A DNA stretch of 64,000 bases from an uncultured Desulfobacteraceae bacterium (GTDB lineage: Bacteria; Desulfobacterota; DSM-4660; Desulfatiglandales; HGW-15), in NCBI GenBank assembly GCA_964580575.1, contig CAZOLJ010000009.1, positions 6,101 through 70,100 on the forward strand. The letters are read 5' to 3'. The notes under the pieces were generated by a model. That model saw only the letters and a list, made by a program, of their open reading frames with translations, was not told where the DNA came from and searched no databases. This document shows positions 17,033 to 26,266 of the stretch, in pieces (the stretch's first letter is position 1; every line of letters starts with the position of its first letter). The position numbers and the translations under genes were made by a program.

Positions 17033-17916
17033 CCTTCTTTTTGCAACTCGTGGTTACCGGCTTGGCCCAGGGCATGGTCTATGCCCTCATCGCCATAGGC
17101 TTTGTGATCATTCTCAAATGCTCCGAGGTGTTTAACATTGCCCAGGGACATTTCGTTCTGATCGGCGGCTATCTCGGCTTCACCTTCTTGGTGACCTTCG
17201 GCTTGCCGATATGGGCCGCTCTCGTGATGGCGATCGTGACGGCAATCTTCATGGGCTTGTTGATCGAACGCCTGATCCTCCGTCCTCTGCTCGGTGAACC
17301 GGTGCTTGCCGTGGTCATGGCGACCATAGCCCTCTCCACGATATTGGGAGGGCTGGCGACCCTGCTTTGGGGCGCGGAATACAAGGCTTACCACGGATTG
17401 CTGCCAACCATTAATTTAAAAGTGGGCGCCATATCCGTACCTTCGGAGTCCTTGATCGGGCTCATCGTCTCGGTGATTTGTGTGGTGATCCTCATGATCG
17501 TCTTTCGCTACACCAAGATCGGGTTGGCCATGAGGGCCACAGCCGAGGATTTGCAGGTGGTTCAGAGTGTCGGCATCAAAGCGACAACCGTCTATGCGGT
17601 GTCATGGGTCATCGCGAGTGTGGTCGGGGTCATCGGCGGCATCCTCCTGGGGGGCGTTTCCGGCGCGAACATGGAACTCGCAAATATCGGCCTCAAGGCG
17701 TTCGCCGTGGTGCTGCTGGGCGGGGTGAACTCCATCGGCGGGGCCATTGTAGGCGGAATCATACTGGGCATGCTGGAAAACGTCGCTGCCGGTTACCTGG
17801 ACCCTCTTCTGCCCGGCGGAGCACTGGCTCAGGTCTTCCCCTTTTTTGTCATGATCATCGTGCTCATCTTCAGGCCTTATGGGCTCTTTGGCCTGGTCAG
17901 GATCGAGAGGGTTTAA
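17029..17916 (+). CDS. ABC permease, LivH-like, 295 aa.
   Basis: Polytopic membrane protein beginning MTFFLQLVVTGLAQGMVYALIAIGFVIILK, which is typical of branched-chain-type permeases. Confidence 0.85.
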   Translation: MTFFLQLVVTGLAQGMVYALIAIGFVIILKCSEVFNIAQGHFVLIGGYLGFTFLVTFGLPIWAALVMAIVTAIFMGLLIERLILRPLLGEPVLAVVMATIALSTILGGLATLLWGAEYKAYHGLLPTINLKVGAISVPSESLIGLIVSVICVVILMIVFRYTKIGLAMRATAEDLQVVQSVGIKATTVYAVSWVIASVVGVIGGILLGGVSGANMELANIGLKAFAVVLLGGVNSIGGAIVGGIILGMLENVAAGYLDPLLPGGALAQVFPFFVMIIVLIFRPYGLFGLVRIERV

Positions 17917-17919
17917 GCC

Positions 17920-18975
17920 ATGGCTTTGGGCATAGGAACCTTTCAAGAAAATTACGGCCAGGATATGGCTATCTTCCACTCGAAGCTGCAATGGGGCAGT
18001 GTGCTTGCCTTTCTTGTCTTTCTGTTTGCATGCCCCCTCTTTTGCAGCGACAGGATACTCACCATACTGACCATGATGGGGATTTCGGTCATCAGCGTTC
18101 ACGGGCTCAACATCTTGACCGGCTACTGCGGTCAAATCTCCATCGGCCATGCAGGCTTCATGGCCGTGGGAGGGTACACTTCGGCCATTTTGTGCGCCAA
18201 GCTCGGTGTCCCGTTCTGGCTGGCTCTCCCCTGTGGTGCCCTGGCCGCCGGTATCGCCGGTTTGATCTTCGGCCTCCCTTCCTTAAAGATCAAGGGCTTC
18301 TACCTCATCATGGCGACCATTGCCGCTCATTTTATTATCATCTGGGCGGTTATCCAACTGCACAGCATTACCGGTGGAGCGGACGGCCTCAGTGTGCCCA
18401 GGGCCAAGATAGGAAGCCTTTCGCTGAGCTCCAAGACCAACTATTTCTACCTGGTGATGGGGTTGACCTGCCTGGCCACCCTGGTGGCCAAGAATATTGT
18501 GCGAACCAAGGCAGGAAGAGCGTTCATCGCGATCCGGGACAATGATCTGGCGGCAGAGGTCATGGGGGTCAGTCTTTGGAGCTACAAGCTGCAGGCATTC
18601 TTTATCGGTTGTGTGTATGCGGGAGTGGCCGGGGCATTGCTCATTCACTACTACAGTTTCGCCAGCACGGACCAGTTCCCCTTTATGGATTCTGTCTGGT
18701 ATCTGGGAATGCTGATCGTCGGCGGTATGGGCAGTACCACAGGGGCTGTTTTAGGCGCCGTGGCCCTCAAGCTGCTGGATGAACTCGTGACCATTGCTGG
18801 ACCGATCTTGTCCGCTGCGGTTGCGCCGCAGGCAGCGGCGTCCTTGGCCCTCATATCGCATGGACTCGTTATCATCATTTTTCTTATTTTTGAGCCAAGG
18901 GGACTTCATCACCGCTGGGAAATGGTCAAGGCCTACTTCAGGCTTTGGCCTTTCTCCCACGAAGTGTCAGAATGA
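17920..18975 (+). CDS. ABC permease, LivM-like, 351 aa.
   Basis: LNILTGYCGQISIGHAGFMAVGGYTSA is a LivM-family block. Confidence 0.85.
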   Translation: MALGIGTFQENYGQDMAIFHSKLQWGSVLAFLVFLFACPLFCSDRILTILTMMGISVISVHGLNILTGYCGQISIGHAGFMAVGGYTSAILCAKLGVPFWLALPCGALAAGIAGLIFGLPSLKIKGFYLIMATIAAHFIIIWAVIQLHSITGGADGLSVPRAKIGSLSLSSKTNYFYLVMGLTCLATLVAKNIVRTKAGRAFIAIRDNDLAAEVMGVSLWSYKLQAFFIGCVYAGVAGALLIHYYSFASTDQFPFMDSVWYLGMLIVGGMGSTTGAVLGAVALKLLDELVTIAGPILSAAVAPQAAASLALISHGLVIIIFLIFEPRGLHHRWEMVKAYFRLWPFSHEVSE

Positions 18976-19049
18976 AAGGGGGTGATCCCGTTTCATAACA
19001 TGTGTTTGGAGGATTCGAACGAAACCATGAAAGGAAAAGGAGGGAAGAG

Positions 19050-20294
19050 ATGGGTAGAATCAAAGTGGCTGCAATAGCGTCATTGGCGATGGTGATCGTG
19101 TTGTTGGGAGGTTCAACCCTGTATGCGAAAACCCTGTACGTGGGAGGCACCCAGTCCCTGACCGGGCCTTTTGCCGAAGACTCGGCGGCAGTGCTGGCGG
19201 CCTTCGAGGACTATGTCAAGTACGTGAACACGACTCAGAAGCTGGCTCCCTGGAGAACGGAGAAACTGCCCGAAGACATCACCCTGGAGGTGCTGTGGCG
19301 CGATGACGAACTCAAGCCGGCCAAGGCGTTGCCGATCTACGAGGAGCTCAAGGGCAAGGGAATGCTGGTGGCCAGGATATCGGGATCTCCCATTGCGCTC
19401 GCCCTCAAAGACAGGATGTGGGAGGACGGCATGGGAGCCACGAGCATGGCCACAGGACCCTACTACTTGTCCCCGCCCCAAAGCTGTTTCACCTATTACC
19501 CCATTTACACTGATTGCATGGGCGCCATCGCGGATTGGTTTAAGGGGAACTGGAAGGAAACGAGAAAGCCCAAGGTGGCCTACCTCACTGCGGACAACGC
19601 CATGGGCAAGTCCATTGAAATCCCTGAGATGCAGGCCTATCTGGAGAAGATCGGATATGAGTTCATAGGCACTCAGTACGTGCCTCTTGTGCCGACCTCG
19701 CCGCCCACCACCCAACTGACGTGGCTCAAGGAAAAAGGAACGGATCTTGCTCTGGGCGTTATGATCAACCCGGGCTCACAGCCGACCGTAAAGGAGATGG
19801 TCAGGCTGGGCATGGGTCCCTTTCAGCCTTACAAGATGACCTTCGGCGTTGCCTCGCCCGGGCATGCGGTCGTATTCGCTGATGCGATGAAAGAACTGGG
19901 CGACGGGTATGTGTGCGCCGGCAGCTTCCCCTCGTGGGACGATCCTGCGCCCGGCGTGAAGTTCATGATCGAAGCACAGAAATTGAATCACCCCAACAAG
20001 TTCGTCACCCACATCATGTACCAGGGTGGGTTCCTCGAAGCCATGATCCAGGTTGAAGCCTTGCGGCTGGCCATGGAAAAGGTTCCTGTTGACAAGCTGA
20101 CGCCCAAGGCTGTGCTGGAGAATGGCTTTTACAGGATCAAGAACCTTGAAACAGGCGGCATCAGCAGCACCCCTCTGACCTACGGCCCGGGAGACATCGA
20201 GGGAGTGGATGAAATCCGGATCGACCAGGTGCAGAAGGGTAAGGTGGTCAAGGTCGGATCGACCCCGCTGCGCCACATTTACACGAAGAAATAA
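19050..20294 (+). CDS. Periplasmic substrate-binding protein, LivK / type I PBP family.
   Basis: The ATG at 19050 follows AAAGGAGGGAAGAG. The signal peptide is MGRIKVAAIASLAMVIVLLGGSTLYA. A PBP-like body follows. Confidence 0.8.
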   Translation: MGRIKVAAIASLAMVIVLLGGSTLYAKTLYVGGTQSLTGPFAEDSAAVLAAFEDYVKYVNTTQKLAPWRTEKLPEDITLEVLWRDDELKPAKALPIYEELKGKGMLVARISGSPIALALKDRMWEDGMGATSMATGPYYLSPPQSCFTYYPIYTDCMGAIADWFKGNWKETRKPKVAYLTADNAMGKSIEIPEMQAYLEKIGYEFIGTQYVPLVPTSPPTTQLTWLKEKGTDLALGVMINPGSQPTVKEMVRLGMGPFQPYKMTFGVASPGHAVVFADAMKELGDGYVCAGSFPSWDDPAPGVKFMIEAQKLNHPNKFVTHIMYQGGFLEAMIQVEALRLAMEKVPVDKLTPKAVLENGFYRIKNLETGGISSTPLTYGPGDIEGVDEIRIDQVQKGKVVKVGSTPLRHIYTKK

Positions 20295-20304
20295 GCACCG
20301 CGAT

Positions 20305-20350
20305 AAATCCCCCGTTGCCCCCCTTTAGAAAAGGGGGGTGGGGGGGATTT
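20305..20350 (+). terminator. Strong GC hairpin after the binding-protein gene. It could be a transcript stabiliser or a weak terminator.
   Basis: AAATCCCCCGTTGCCCCCCTTT-AGAA-AAGGGGGGTGGGGGGGATTT. Only a short T-run (ATTT) follows. Confidence 0.4.
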
Positions 20351-20402
20351 GACAGCGCCGTCTGATCGTAGAACGAGAAACCGTTAAGGAGCCGGCCTTC
20401 CC

Positions 20403-21155
20403 ATGAGTCTCAGCAAAGAAGATCTCGCCATTCTGGACAAGTTCGCCTTTGACGTGCCGCCTGTTGGCGTTAAGTTTCTCACCAGACGGCAGGCGAACAT
20501 GGAAAGACTGAATGAAAAGATGGCCCTCTGTGAGATGCTCAAGAAGGCCCAGCAGGGGAATAGCTTCTTTGCAGATGCGGAAAACCACGTGTGCGAGGCG
20601 GGCTCGTATGTCTTGGGGCACACTGATTCGCCCCAGCCTTTTGTGAGCGGCGAATTCGGGGCAGGGCTGCGGATTTTTGAGGAGCCACGCTCTGCAAGCC
20701 GTCTTTACCTTCACATCCCTAAACTGGGAAGAGGGGTTGTCCACGGTGTCGCCTTCTCCCCTTTGGGCAGGCTTTCCTTTGACCCGGATCTGTTGATCAT
20801 CCTAGCGAACACCGACCAGACCGAAATCCTGCTCCGCGCCATGACCTACAGGACAGGGGAGATGTGGGAGAGCAAGTTCACAGCAGCCATAGGGTGTGCG
20901 TGGACCTACATCTACCCCTACCTGACCGGGAAGCTTAATTACAGCTTGACAGGTCTGGGTCATGGCATGAAGCGCAGAAGACTTTTTCCCGAAGGCCGGC
21001 AAATCATTTCCATTCCTTTTGACCTCCTGCCTTCCATCCTGAAGACCTTGCACGAGATGCCATGGGTTTTACCTGCCTATCAACCGGACGGAATGGAGTT
21101 TGTCGGAAGACTGCTTTCGGAGTTGGGCGTCAGCGCGTCCAAGAAGGCTAAGTAA
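20403..21155 (+). CDS. DUF169-family protein, 250 aa.
   Basis: The N-terminal ...FDVPPVGVKFL..., the central CEAGSYVLGH and the overall length fit DUF169 (COG2043). The function is unknown. Confidence 0.65.
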   Translation: MSLSKEDLAILDKFAFDVPPVGVKFLTRRQANMERLNEKMALCEMLKKAQQGNSFFADAENHVCEAGSYVLGHTDSPQPFVSGEFGAGLRIFEEPRSASRLYLHIPKLGRGVVHGVAFSPLGRLSFDPDLLIILANTDQTEILLRAMTYRTGEMWESKFTAAIGCAWTYIYPYLTGKLNYSLTGLGHGMKRRRLFPEGRQIISIPFDLLPSILKTLHEMPWVLPAYQPDGMEFVGRLLSELGVSASKKAK

Positions 21156-21256
21156 CCGGCGAGGGGAAGGAGGGTAAAATCTTGAAGCGTGAATTGAGAA
21201 AGGGGGCCGTGGAGGCGGTGGAAAAACCTTGAAAAAAAGGAAAATTTACATTGGGG

Positions 21257-21285
21257 TTGCTTTTATCGGGAAGTTTCAATAGAAT
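21257..21285 (+). promoter_or_regulatory. Sigma70-like promoter candidate for the second ABC module.
   Basis: TTGCTT (21257-21262), a 17-nt spacer, then TAGAAT (21280-21285). It lies about 70 nt upstream of the ATG at 21353. Confidence 0.4.
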
Positions 21286-21352
21286 CCGGTCCAACTTATA
21301 CACACAACCGGGCGACTTCCATGGAAGAAGCCAAAGAAAAAGGAGGAGAGGC

Positions 21353-22618
21353 ATGAAAAGGCGATTGGCGGTATTGGGTCTGGTCCTGGGTTTTGTGTTC
21401 TCCTTTTCCGCGTACGCAGCGGATCCCATTGTCATCGGTGTGCCGACATCCTTACAATTTGTGGAAGGCAAGGAAGGTCTTGCCGTTGTTGAAATGGCGG
21501 TTGCCGACATCAACGCCAAGGGAGGGGTGAAGGTCGGATCGGAAAAGAGAATGTTCAAGGTGGAATCCATTGACATTCGTGACGCAGCTCCGGGCGTGCC
21601 CGTTCCCGAGGCTCTCATGGGAATTGAGAAGCTGATCTTGGAAAAGAAACCGGCGGCCCTCCTGATCGGACCGTTCCGGTCGGAAGCCCTGCTCGCAGCC
21701 ATGGATATTCTGGCCAAGTACAAGGTCCCCATGATCGGAACGATCGCCATGACGCCCGCTTCAGAGGAAAAAGTCAAAAAAGAGCCTGACAAGTACAAGT
21801 ATGTTTTCAGAAGCTGCCTGAATGCCAAGTACCTGGTCACCTACCTCGTGGGAATCATGTCTTTTGTGAACAAGGAGTTTGGGTTCAACAAGGTCTATAT
21901 TATGCACCAGGATGTAGCTTGGGCCAGGGCTACGGCAGAAGGAATGGTGAAGAACTATTTCGAGAAGAGCGGGTGGACCGTGGTCGGCCAGGAGAGCTAC
22001 CCCACAGGAGCTTCGGATTTCTCATCAGCGCTCATGAAGACCCGCAGCGGCGGTGCCCAGGTGATCCTCCCCATTTTCGACATGCCCCAGAGCGGCACCC
22101 TGGTTAAGCAGTGGAAATCCATGAAGGCCCCTGCTCTGATGGCCGGATTCATTTCTCCGCTTGCTGGTCCGGGAGCCTGGCAGACTTTTGAGAAGAAGAT
22201 CGGTGGTGCCATCAACTGCAATTTCGAGCTAGGCAGCGCTATCGCATCCAAGAAGGTCCCTCCGTCCGTGGAATTTCTCAAGGCCTACGAGAAGAAATAC
22301 GGCAAACCTATGGAAGCCGGCCATGGCCCCGGACCAACCTATGAATCAGTTTACATTTTGAAAGAAGCCATCGAAAGAGCCGGCAGTCTTGATCCGGATG
22401 CGCTGGTTGCGGAAATCAAGAAAACAGACCGAACGGGGGTCATGGGGCGCATCAAGTTCGACGATGGGCATCAGGCCATCTTCGGCATGGATCCCAAAGA
22501 ATCTGCAGTGGCGTGCGTTTTTCAGTGGAACGAAAAGGGAGAGAGGGTCAATGTTTTCCCCGAATCCATTGCGGATACAAAGATCCAGCTTCCTGCAGGC
22601 TTGAAGTCAGCGAAGTAA
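21353..22618 (+). CDS. Periplasmic substrate-binding protein, LivK / type I PBP family.
   Basis: The ATG at 21353 follows AAAAGGAGGAGAGGC. The signal peptide is MKRRLAVLGLVLGFVFSFSAYAADP. Confidence 0.8.
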   Translation: MKRRLAVLGLVLGFVFSFSAYAADPIVIGVPTSLQFVEGKEGLAVVEMAVADINAKGGVKVGSEKRMFKVESIDIRDAAPGVPVPEALMGIEKLILEKKPAALLIGPFRSEALLAAMDILAKYKVPMIGTIAMTPASEEKVKKEPDKYKYVFRSCLNAKYLVTYLVGIMSFVNKEFGFNKVYIMHQDVAWARATAEGMVKNYFEKSGWTVVGQESYPTGASDFSSALMKTRSGGAQVILPIFDMPQSGTLVKQWKSMKAPALMAGFISPLAGPGAWQTFEKKIGGAINCNFELGSAIASKKVPPSVEFLKAYEKKYGKPMEAGHGPGPTYESVYILKEAIERAGSLDPDALVAEIKKTDRTGVMGRIKFDDGHQAIFGMDPKESAVACVFQWNEKGERVNVFPESIADTKIQLPAGLKSAK

Positions 22619-22622
22619 CCAA

Positions 22623-22724
22623 GCAGGGACAAAGGGACAAAGGCAGTAGAGGCACAAAGAGAGAAAGAGATATAATACTTTTTCCGCTCTGTGCCTTTGC
22701 AACTTTGTGCCTTTGTCCCTGAAG
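22623..22724. repeat. GGACAAAG/GGCACAAAG-type word-repeat hairpin, copy 1.
   Basis: The left arm is GCAGGGACAAAGGGACAAAGGCAGTAGAGGCACAAAGAGAG. The AT-rich loop contains TATAAT (22671-22676). The right arm is CTCTGTGCCTTTGCAACTTTGTGCCTTTGTCCCTGAAG. Confidence 0.6.
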
Positions 22725-22797
22725 TTGTCTGCTTCACGCGGCAGCAGTTGACAAGGTTGCTCAGGTCTCGGGCTAAACCTATAGAGGAAGGTAAGGC

Positions 22798-23670
22798 GTG
22801 TTCTTAGGGACGATTGTTTACGCCGTTATCAACAGCGTCATCCTGATCCTGATGTCCATCGGGTTCAACCTGACCTTCGGCATCAGCGGGGTGTCCAATT
22901 TCGCCTATGGGGCCCTGTACATCCTTGCCGCCTTCGTGACGTGGATGCTCTTGTATCTCGTGGGCATCCCATATCTGGTCTCCGCACTCCTCTCCATCGT
23001 CTTCACCGCTTTCCTCGGTGCGCTCATGTACCGCTTCATTCTGATGCGTGTGCGCGGCCAAGCCCTGTCCGAGGTGATTGCCACCTTCGGGATCGGATTG
23101 GCTATTCTGGAATTTTTCCGGTACCTGGGCTTCGTCGGAGTAGAGTATGCCCTGCCCGTGTTTATCGACGAGAGCTTCCTGATCGGTGACGTTTACGTGG
23201 ATATGCAGAGGATATTGATCGTCATCGCGGCCGCGGTCCTGGTCTTCCTGCTTTGGTTTTTTGTCCATCACACCTCCCTGGGGCTGGCTTTCAGGGGGAT
23301 TGCCCAGGACGAGCGGACCGCTCTCACCTTTGGCATGGACTCGGACTGGATCGCCACGCTGAGCGTGTCTTTCGGGGCGGGGCTTGCGGCCATTGCCGCA
23401 ACGATCATCATCCCCCTGGGAACCATCTCGGTGAGCCAGGGCTATGATGTGCTGATCAATGCCCTGGCGGTCTCCATTATCGGGGGGCTGGGCAGCACAG
23501 GAGGCGTGATCGTGGCCAGCCTTGTAGTGGGCTTTGCCCAGCGCTTTACGGACACCTACATCGGATCCCACTGGACCATGATCGTGAGCCTGATCGCTAT
23601 CCTGATCGTGCTCGTGATCAAGCCGTCAGGACTATACGGGAAACAGAAGGAGTTGGAAGAAAGAATCTAA
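22798..23670 (+). CDS. ABC permease, LivH-like, 290 aa.
   Basis: The GTG start follows GGAAGGTAAGG. It is a polytopic LivH-type membrane protein. Confidence 0.8.
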   Translation: MFLGTIVYAVINSVILILMSIGFNLTFGISGVSNFAYGALYILAAFVTWMLLYLVGIPYLVSALLSIVFTAFLGALMYRFILMRVRGQALSEVIATFGIGLAILEFFRYLGFVGVEYALPVFIDESFLIGDVYVDMQRILIVIAAAVLVFLLWFFVHHTSLGLAFRGIAQDERTALTFGMDSDWIATLSVSFGAGLAAIAATIIIPLGTISVSQGYDVLINALAVSIIGGLGSTGGVIVASLVVGFAQRFTDTYIGSHWTMIVSLIAILIVLVIKPSGLYGKQKELEERI

Positions 23671-23739
23671 CGTTGTGCTTCCCCCTCCCCTTACCCCTCG
23701 CCAGGGGAGGGGCAGGGTAGGTGGGGGTGAAGGAGTCAA

Positions 23740-24744
23740 GTGAAGAAACGGAAAGAAAGAATCGATCGCGGCATTAAAGTCAGGGCTGAGGACATTTTCG
23801 CTCTCTGTTCCTGGCGGGAGATGCTCTATCTTTCCGCGCCCAGACTCCTTCCTATCCTGGGTTTCATTCTCCTCCCCCTGGTTCTGGGAGATTACTGGCA
23901 GAGAGTTCTTCTCTCCGTGGCTGTTTTTGCGCTCTTGGCCATCAGCTGGGATATCTTAGCCCAGAGCAGCATGGTCTCTCTCGGACAGGCGCTCTTTTTT
24001 GGGATGGGCGCCTACTGCTCGGGAGTGCTCAACCACTATTTTGGAATGAGCCCTTTTGTGACCATCCCGATTGCGGCGGTCCTGGGAGGCGCTATTTGCA
24101 CGGTTCTCCTCCTGCCGGTTCTGAGGCTTCGCGGTGTGTACTTTGCCATGGTCACCCTGATCATCCCTCTCATGCTGGAACGGATGATTGAAGCGACCAA
24201 GATTTTCGGAGGCACCGAGGGAATCAGCGGTCTCACGGCTCTTCCCTCCAAGTGGCTGGAGCTCTACATCCTCCTGGGGGCAGTTCTGGCCGCCTTGTTC
24301 GGTTTCAGGCGGCTCATGACATCAGATTATGGTCTGGTCCTCAAGGGCATTAAGGACAATGATCGCTCGGTCATGAATGCGGGGATCAATATCTACTGGT
24401 TCAAGATCCAGGCCCTGTTTATTGCCAGCGCAGTGGGAGCCTTTGCCGGCGCCATGATGACCCATGTCTATCGTTTCGTAGGGATGCCCGTGTTTGCGCT
24501 CGACTATTCCATCCTCCCAATTGCGGCGGCCATGGTGGGTGGCGCCGGCTCCTTCGCGGGGGCGACCCTGGGCGCCTTTATTCTGGTCCCCCTTTCCGAG
24601 GCCCTCCGGGCCTTGGGAGGATTGAGAATCGTCTTCTACGGCATGTTCCTGGTCATTTTTGTTGTGGGGCTCCCTGAGGGGATCTTTCACTTTGTTTCAC
24701 GCAAATATCACCAGTTGGAGCGCTGGGTCGAGGTGGATCAATGA
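23740..24744 (+). CDS. ABC permease, LivM-like, 334 aa.
   Basis: The GTG start follows GAAGGAG. SWDILAQSSMVSLGQALFFGMGAYCSG is a LivM-type block. Confidence 0.8.
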   Translation: MKKRKERIDRGIKVRAEDIFALCSWREMLYLSAPRLLPILGFILLPLVLGDYWQRVLLSVAVFALLAISWDILAQSSMVSLGQALFFGMGAYCSGVLNHYFGMSPFVTIPIAAVLGGAICTVLLLPVLRLRGVYFAMVTLIIPLMLERMIEATKIFGGTEGISGLTALPSKWLELYILLGAVLAALFGFRRLMTSDYGLVLKGIKDNDRSVMNAGINIYWFKIQALFIASAVGAFAGAMMTHVYRFVGMPVFALDYSILPIAAAMVGGAGSFAGATLGAFILVPLSEALRALGGLRIVFYGMFLVIFVVGLPEGIFHFVSRKYHQLERWVEVDQ

Positions 24745-25493
24745 GCGCCGCTCCCCTTTTGAGCGTGAAGGATCTCTCAAAGGCCTTTGGCGGGGTTCAG
24801 GCCGTCAACCGGGTGAGCTTTGATCTGAACAAAGGCGATCTTCTCGGCATCATCGGCCCGAACGGGTCCGGCAAAACCACAACCGTCAATCTGATCACAG
24901 GGTTCGTGAAGGCCAGTGGGGGGAAGGTCCTCTTTAAGGGACAGGACATTACAAGCTGGGCGCCTTATAAAATCGTGCGTCTCGGCATCGCGAGAACCTT
25001 TCAGATGGTAAAACCCTTTTATCAATTGCCCGCCTTCAAGAACATGATCATCCCGCTTTACTCTCCGAGGGTGAAGGCCCTTGCCGGGGGGAAATACGGG
25101 GACCGCAATGCGGTGGCCCTGGATCTTCTCGAAGAAGTCGGGTTTGAAAGGGATGCCCAGGTGGCTTACAAGGTGGCCAGTGTGCTTCCCCAAGGCTACC
25201 TCAAACGTTTGGAGCTGGCCAAGGCCATTGCGCTTCAGCCGGAACTCATGATCCTGGACGAACTCTTCTCCGGGCTCAGCCTTGCGGAAGTGGCCAGCAT
25301 TGTGCCCATCATCGAGAAACTCCTCCTGGAAGGCAAGACCATCATCATGATCGAGCACCGGCTCAAGGAACTCTTCAGAATCGCCAGCCGGCTGATGGTG
25401 CTCAACTACGGCCGTAAGATTGCGGAAGGATCCGCCAAGGAAGTCATGGAGAGCGACGAGGTGAAGAAAGCTTATCTCGGCTCGGAAGAATAG
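24741..25493 (+). CDS. ABC ATP-binding protein, LivG-like.
   Basis: Walker A GPNGSGKTT, Walker B MILDELFSG, C-terminal AYLG. The start overlaps the previous stop. Confidence 0.85.
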   Translation: MSAAPLLSVKDLSKAFGGVQAVNRVSFDLNKGDLLGIIGPNGSGKTTTVNLITGFVKASGGKVLFKGQDITSWAPYKIVRLGIARTFQMVKPFYQLPAFKNMIIPLYSPRVKALAGGKYGDRNAVALDLLEEVGFERDAQVAYKVASVLPQGYLKRLELAKAIALQPELMILDELFSGLSLAEVASIVPIIEKLLLEGKTIIMIEHRLKELFRIASRLMVLNYGRKIAEGSAKEVMESDEVKKAYLGSEE

Positions 25494-25495
25494 CT

Positions 25496-26242
25496 ATGCT
25501 TGATGTTCAGAACCTCATGGTCTTTTTTGAAAACGCCCTGGCCCTCAATGACTTCAGCATGAAAGTCGAAGAGGGCGAGATTGTGGGCGTCATCGGCTCC
25601 AACAGCGCCGGCAAGACCACCCTGATGAATACCCTCTCCGGCCTGATCATTGACATGCGCACGAAGGAGAAGCGCAGGGGAGGGGAGCGGATTACCATTT
25701 ACGGCAAGATCGTCTACAAGGGAGAAGACGTCACAGAGACCAGCCCCAGCGACCGCGTGAAAAAGGGGATCGTCCTTTCAAGAGAAAGACACCCGGTTTT
25801 CCCGGAAAGCAGCGTGGTGGAGAACCTCAGGATTGCCGGCTATCTTCGGAAGAAACCCCAAATTCATGAGGCAATGGAGTATGTGTTCAAGCTCTTTCCT
25901 GCCCTGCTCCACCTGAGAACCCGAAAGGCAGGGTTTTTGAGCGGGGGTGAGCAACAGATGCTCGCCATCGGCATGAGCCTGGTGGTCAAGCCGGAACTGC
26001 TGCTTCTGGACGAACCGCTTCTGGGTCTCAGCCCCATGATGCAAAAGACCCTTGTCGATGCCATCTGCAACCTGAAGAAGGACTCGGGAATCACGGTGCT
26101 GATGACCGAGCAATTCGCGCGCCCCGTGCTCCCGATCATTCACAGGGGATATGTCATAGAGAACGGCATGCTGACGCTGAGCGGCACAGGCAAAGAGCTG
26201 ATGGACAATCCCGAGATCAAAGCGGCTTATTTCGGGGTTTGA
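25496..26242 (+). CDS. ABC ATP-binding protein, LivF-like.
   Basis: Walker A GSNSAGKTT, signature LSGGEQQMLAIG, Walker B LLLLDEPLLGLSP. Confidence 0.85.
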   Translation: MLDVQNLMVFFENALALNDFSMKVEEGEIVGVIGSNSAGKTTLMNTLSGLIIDMRTKEKRRGGERITIYGKIVYKGEDVTETSPSDRVKKGIVLSRERHPVFPESSVVENLRIAGYLRKKPQIHEAMEYVFKLFPALLHLRTRKAGFLSGGEQQMLAIGMSLVVKPELLLLDEPLLGLSPMMQKTLVDAICNLKKDSGITVLMTEQFARPVLPIIHRGYVIENGMLTLSGTGKELMDNPEIKAAYFGV

Positions 26243-26266
26243 AAAAGCGATCTCGGCGGTGAGGAT

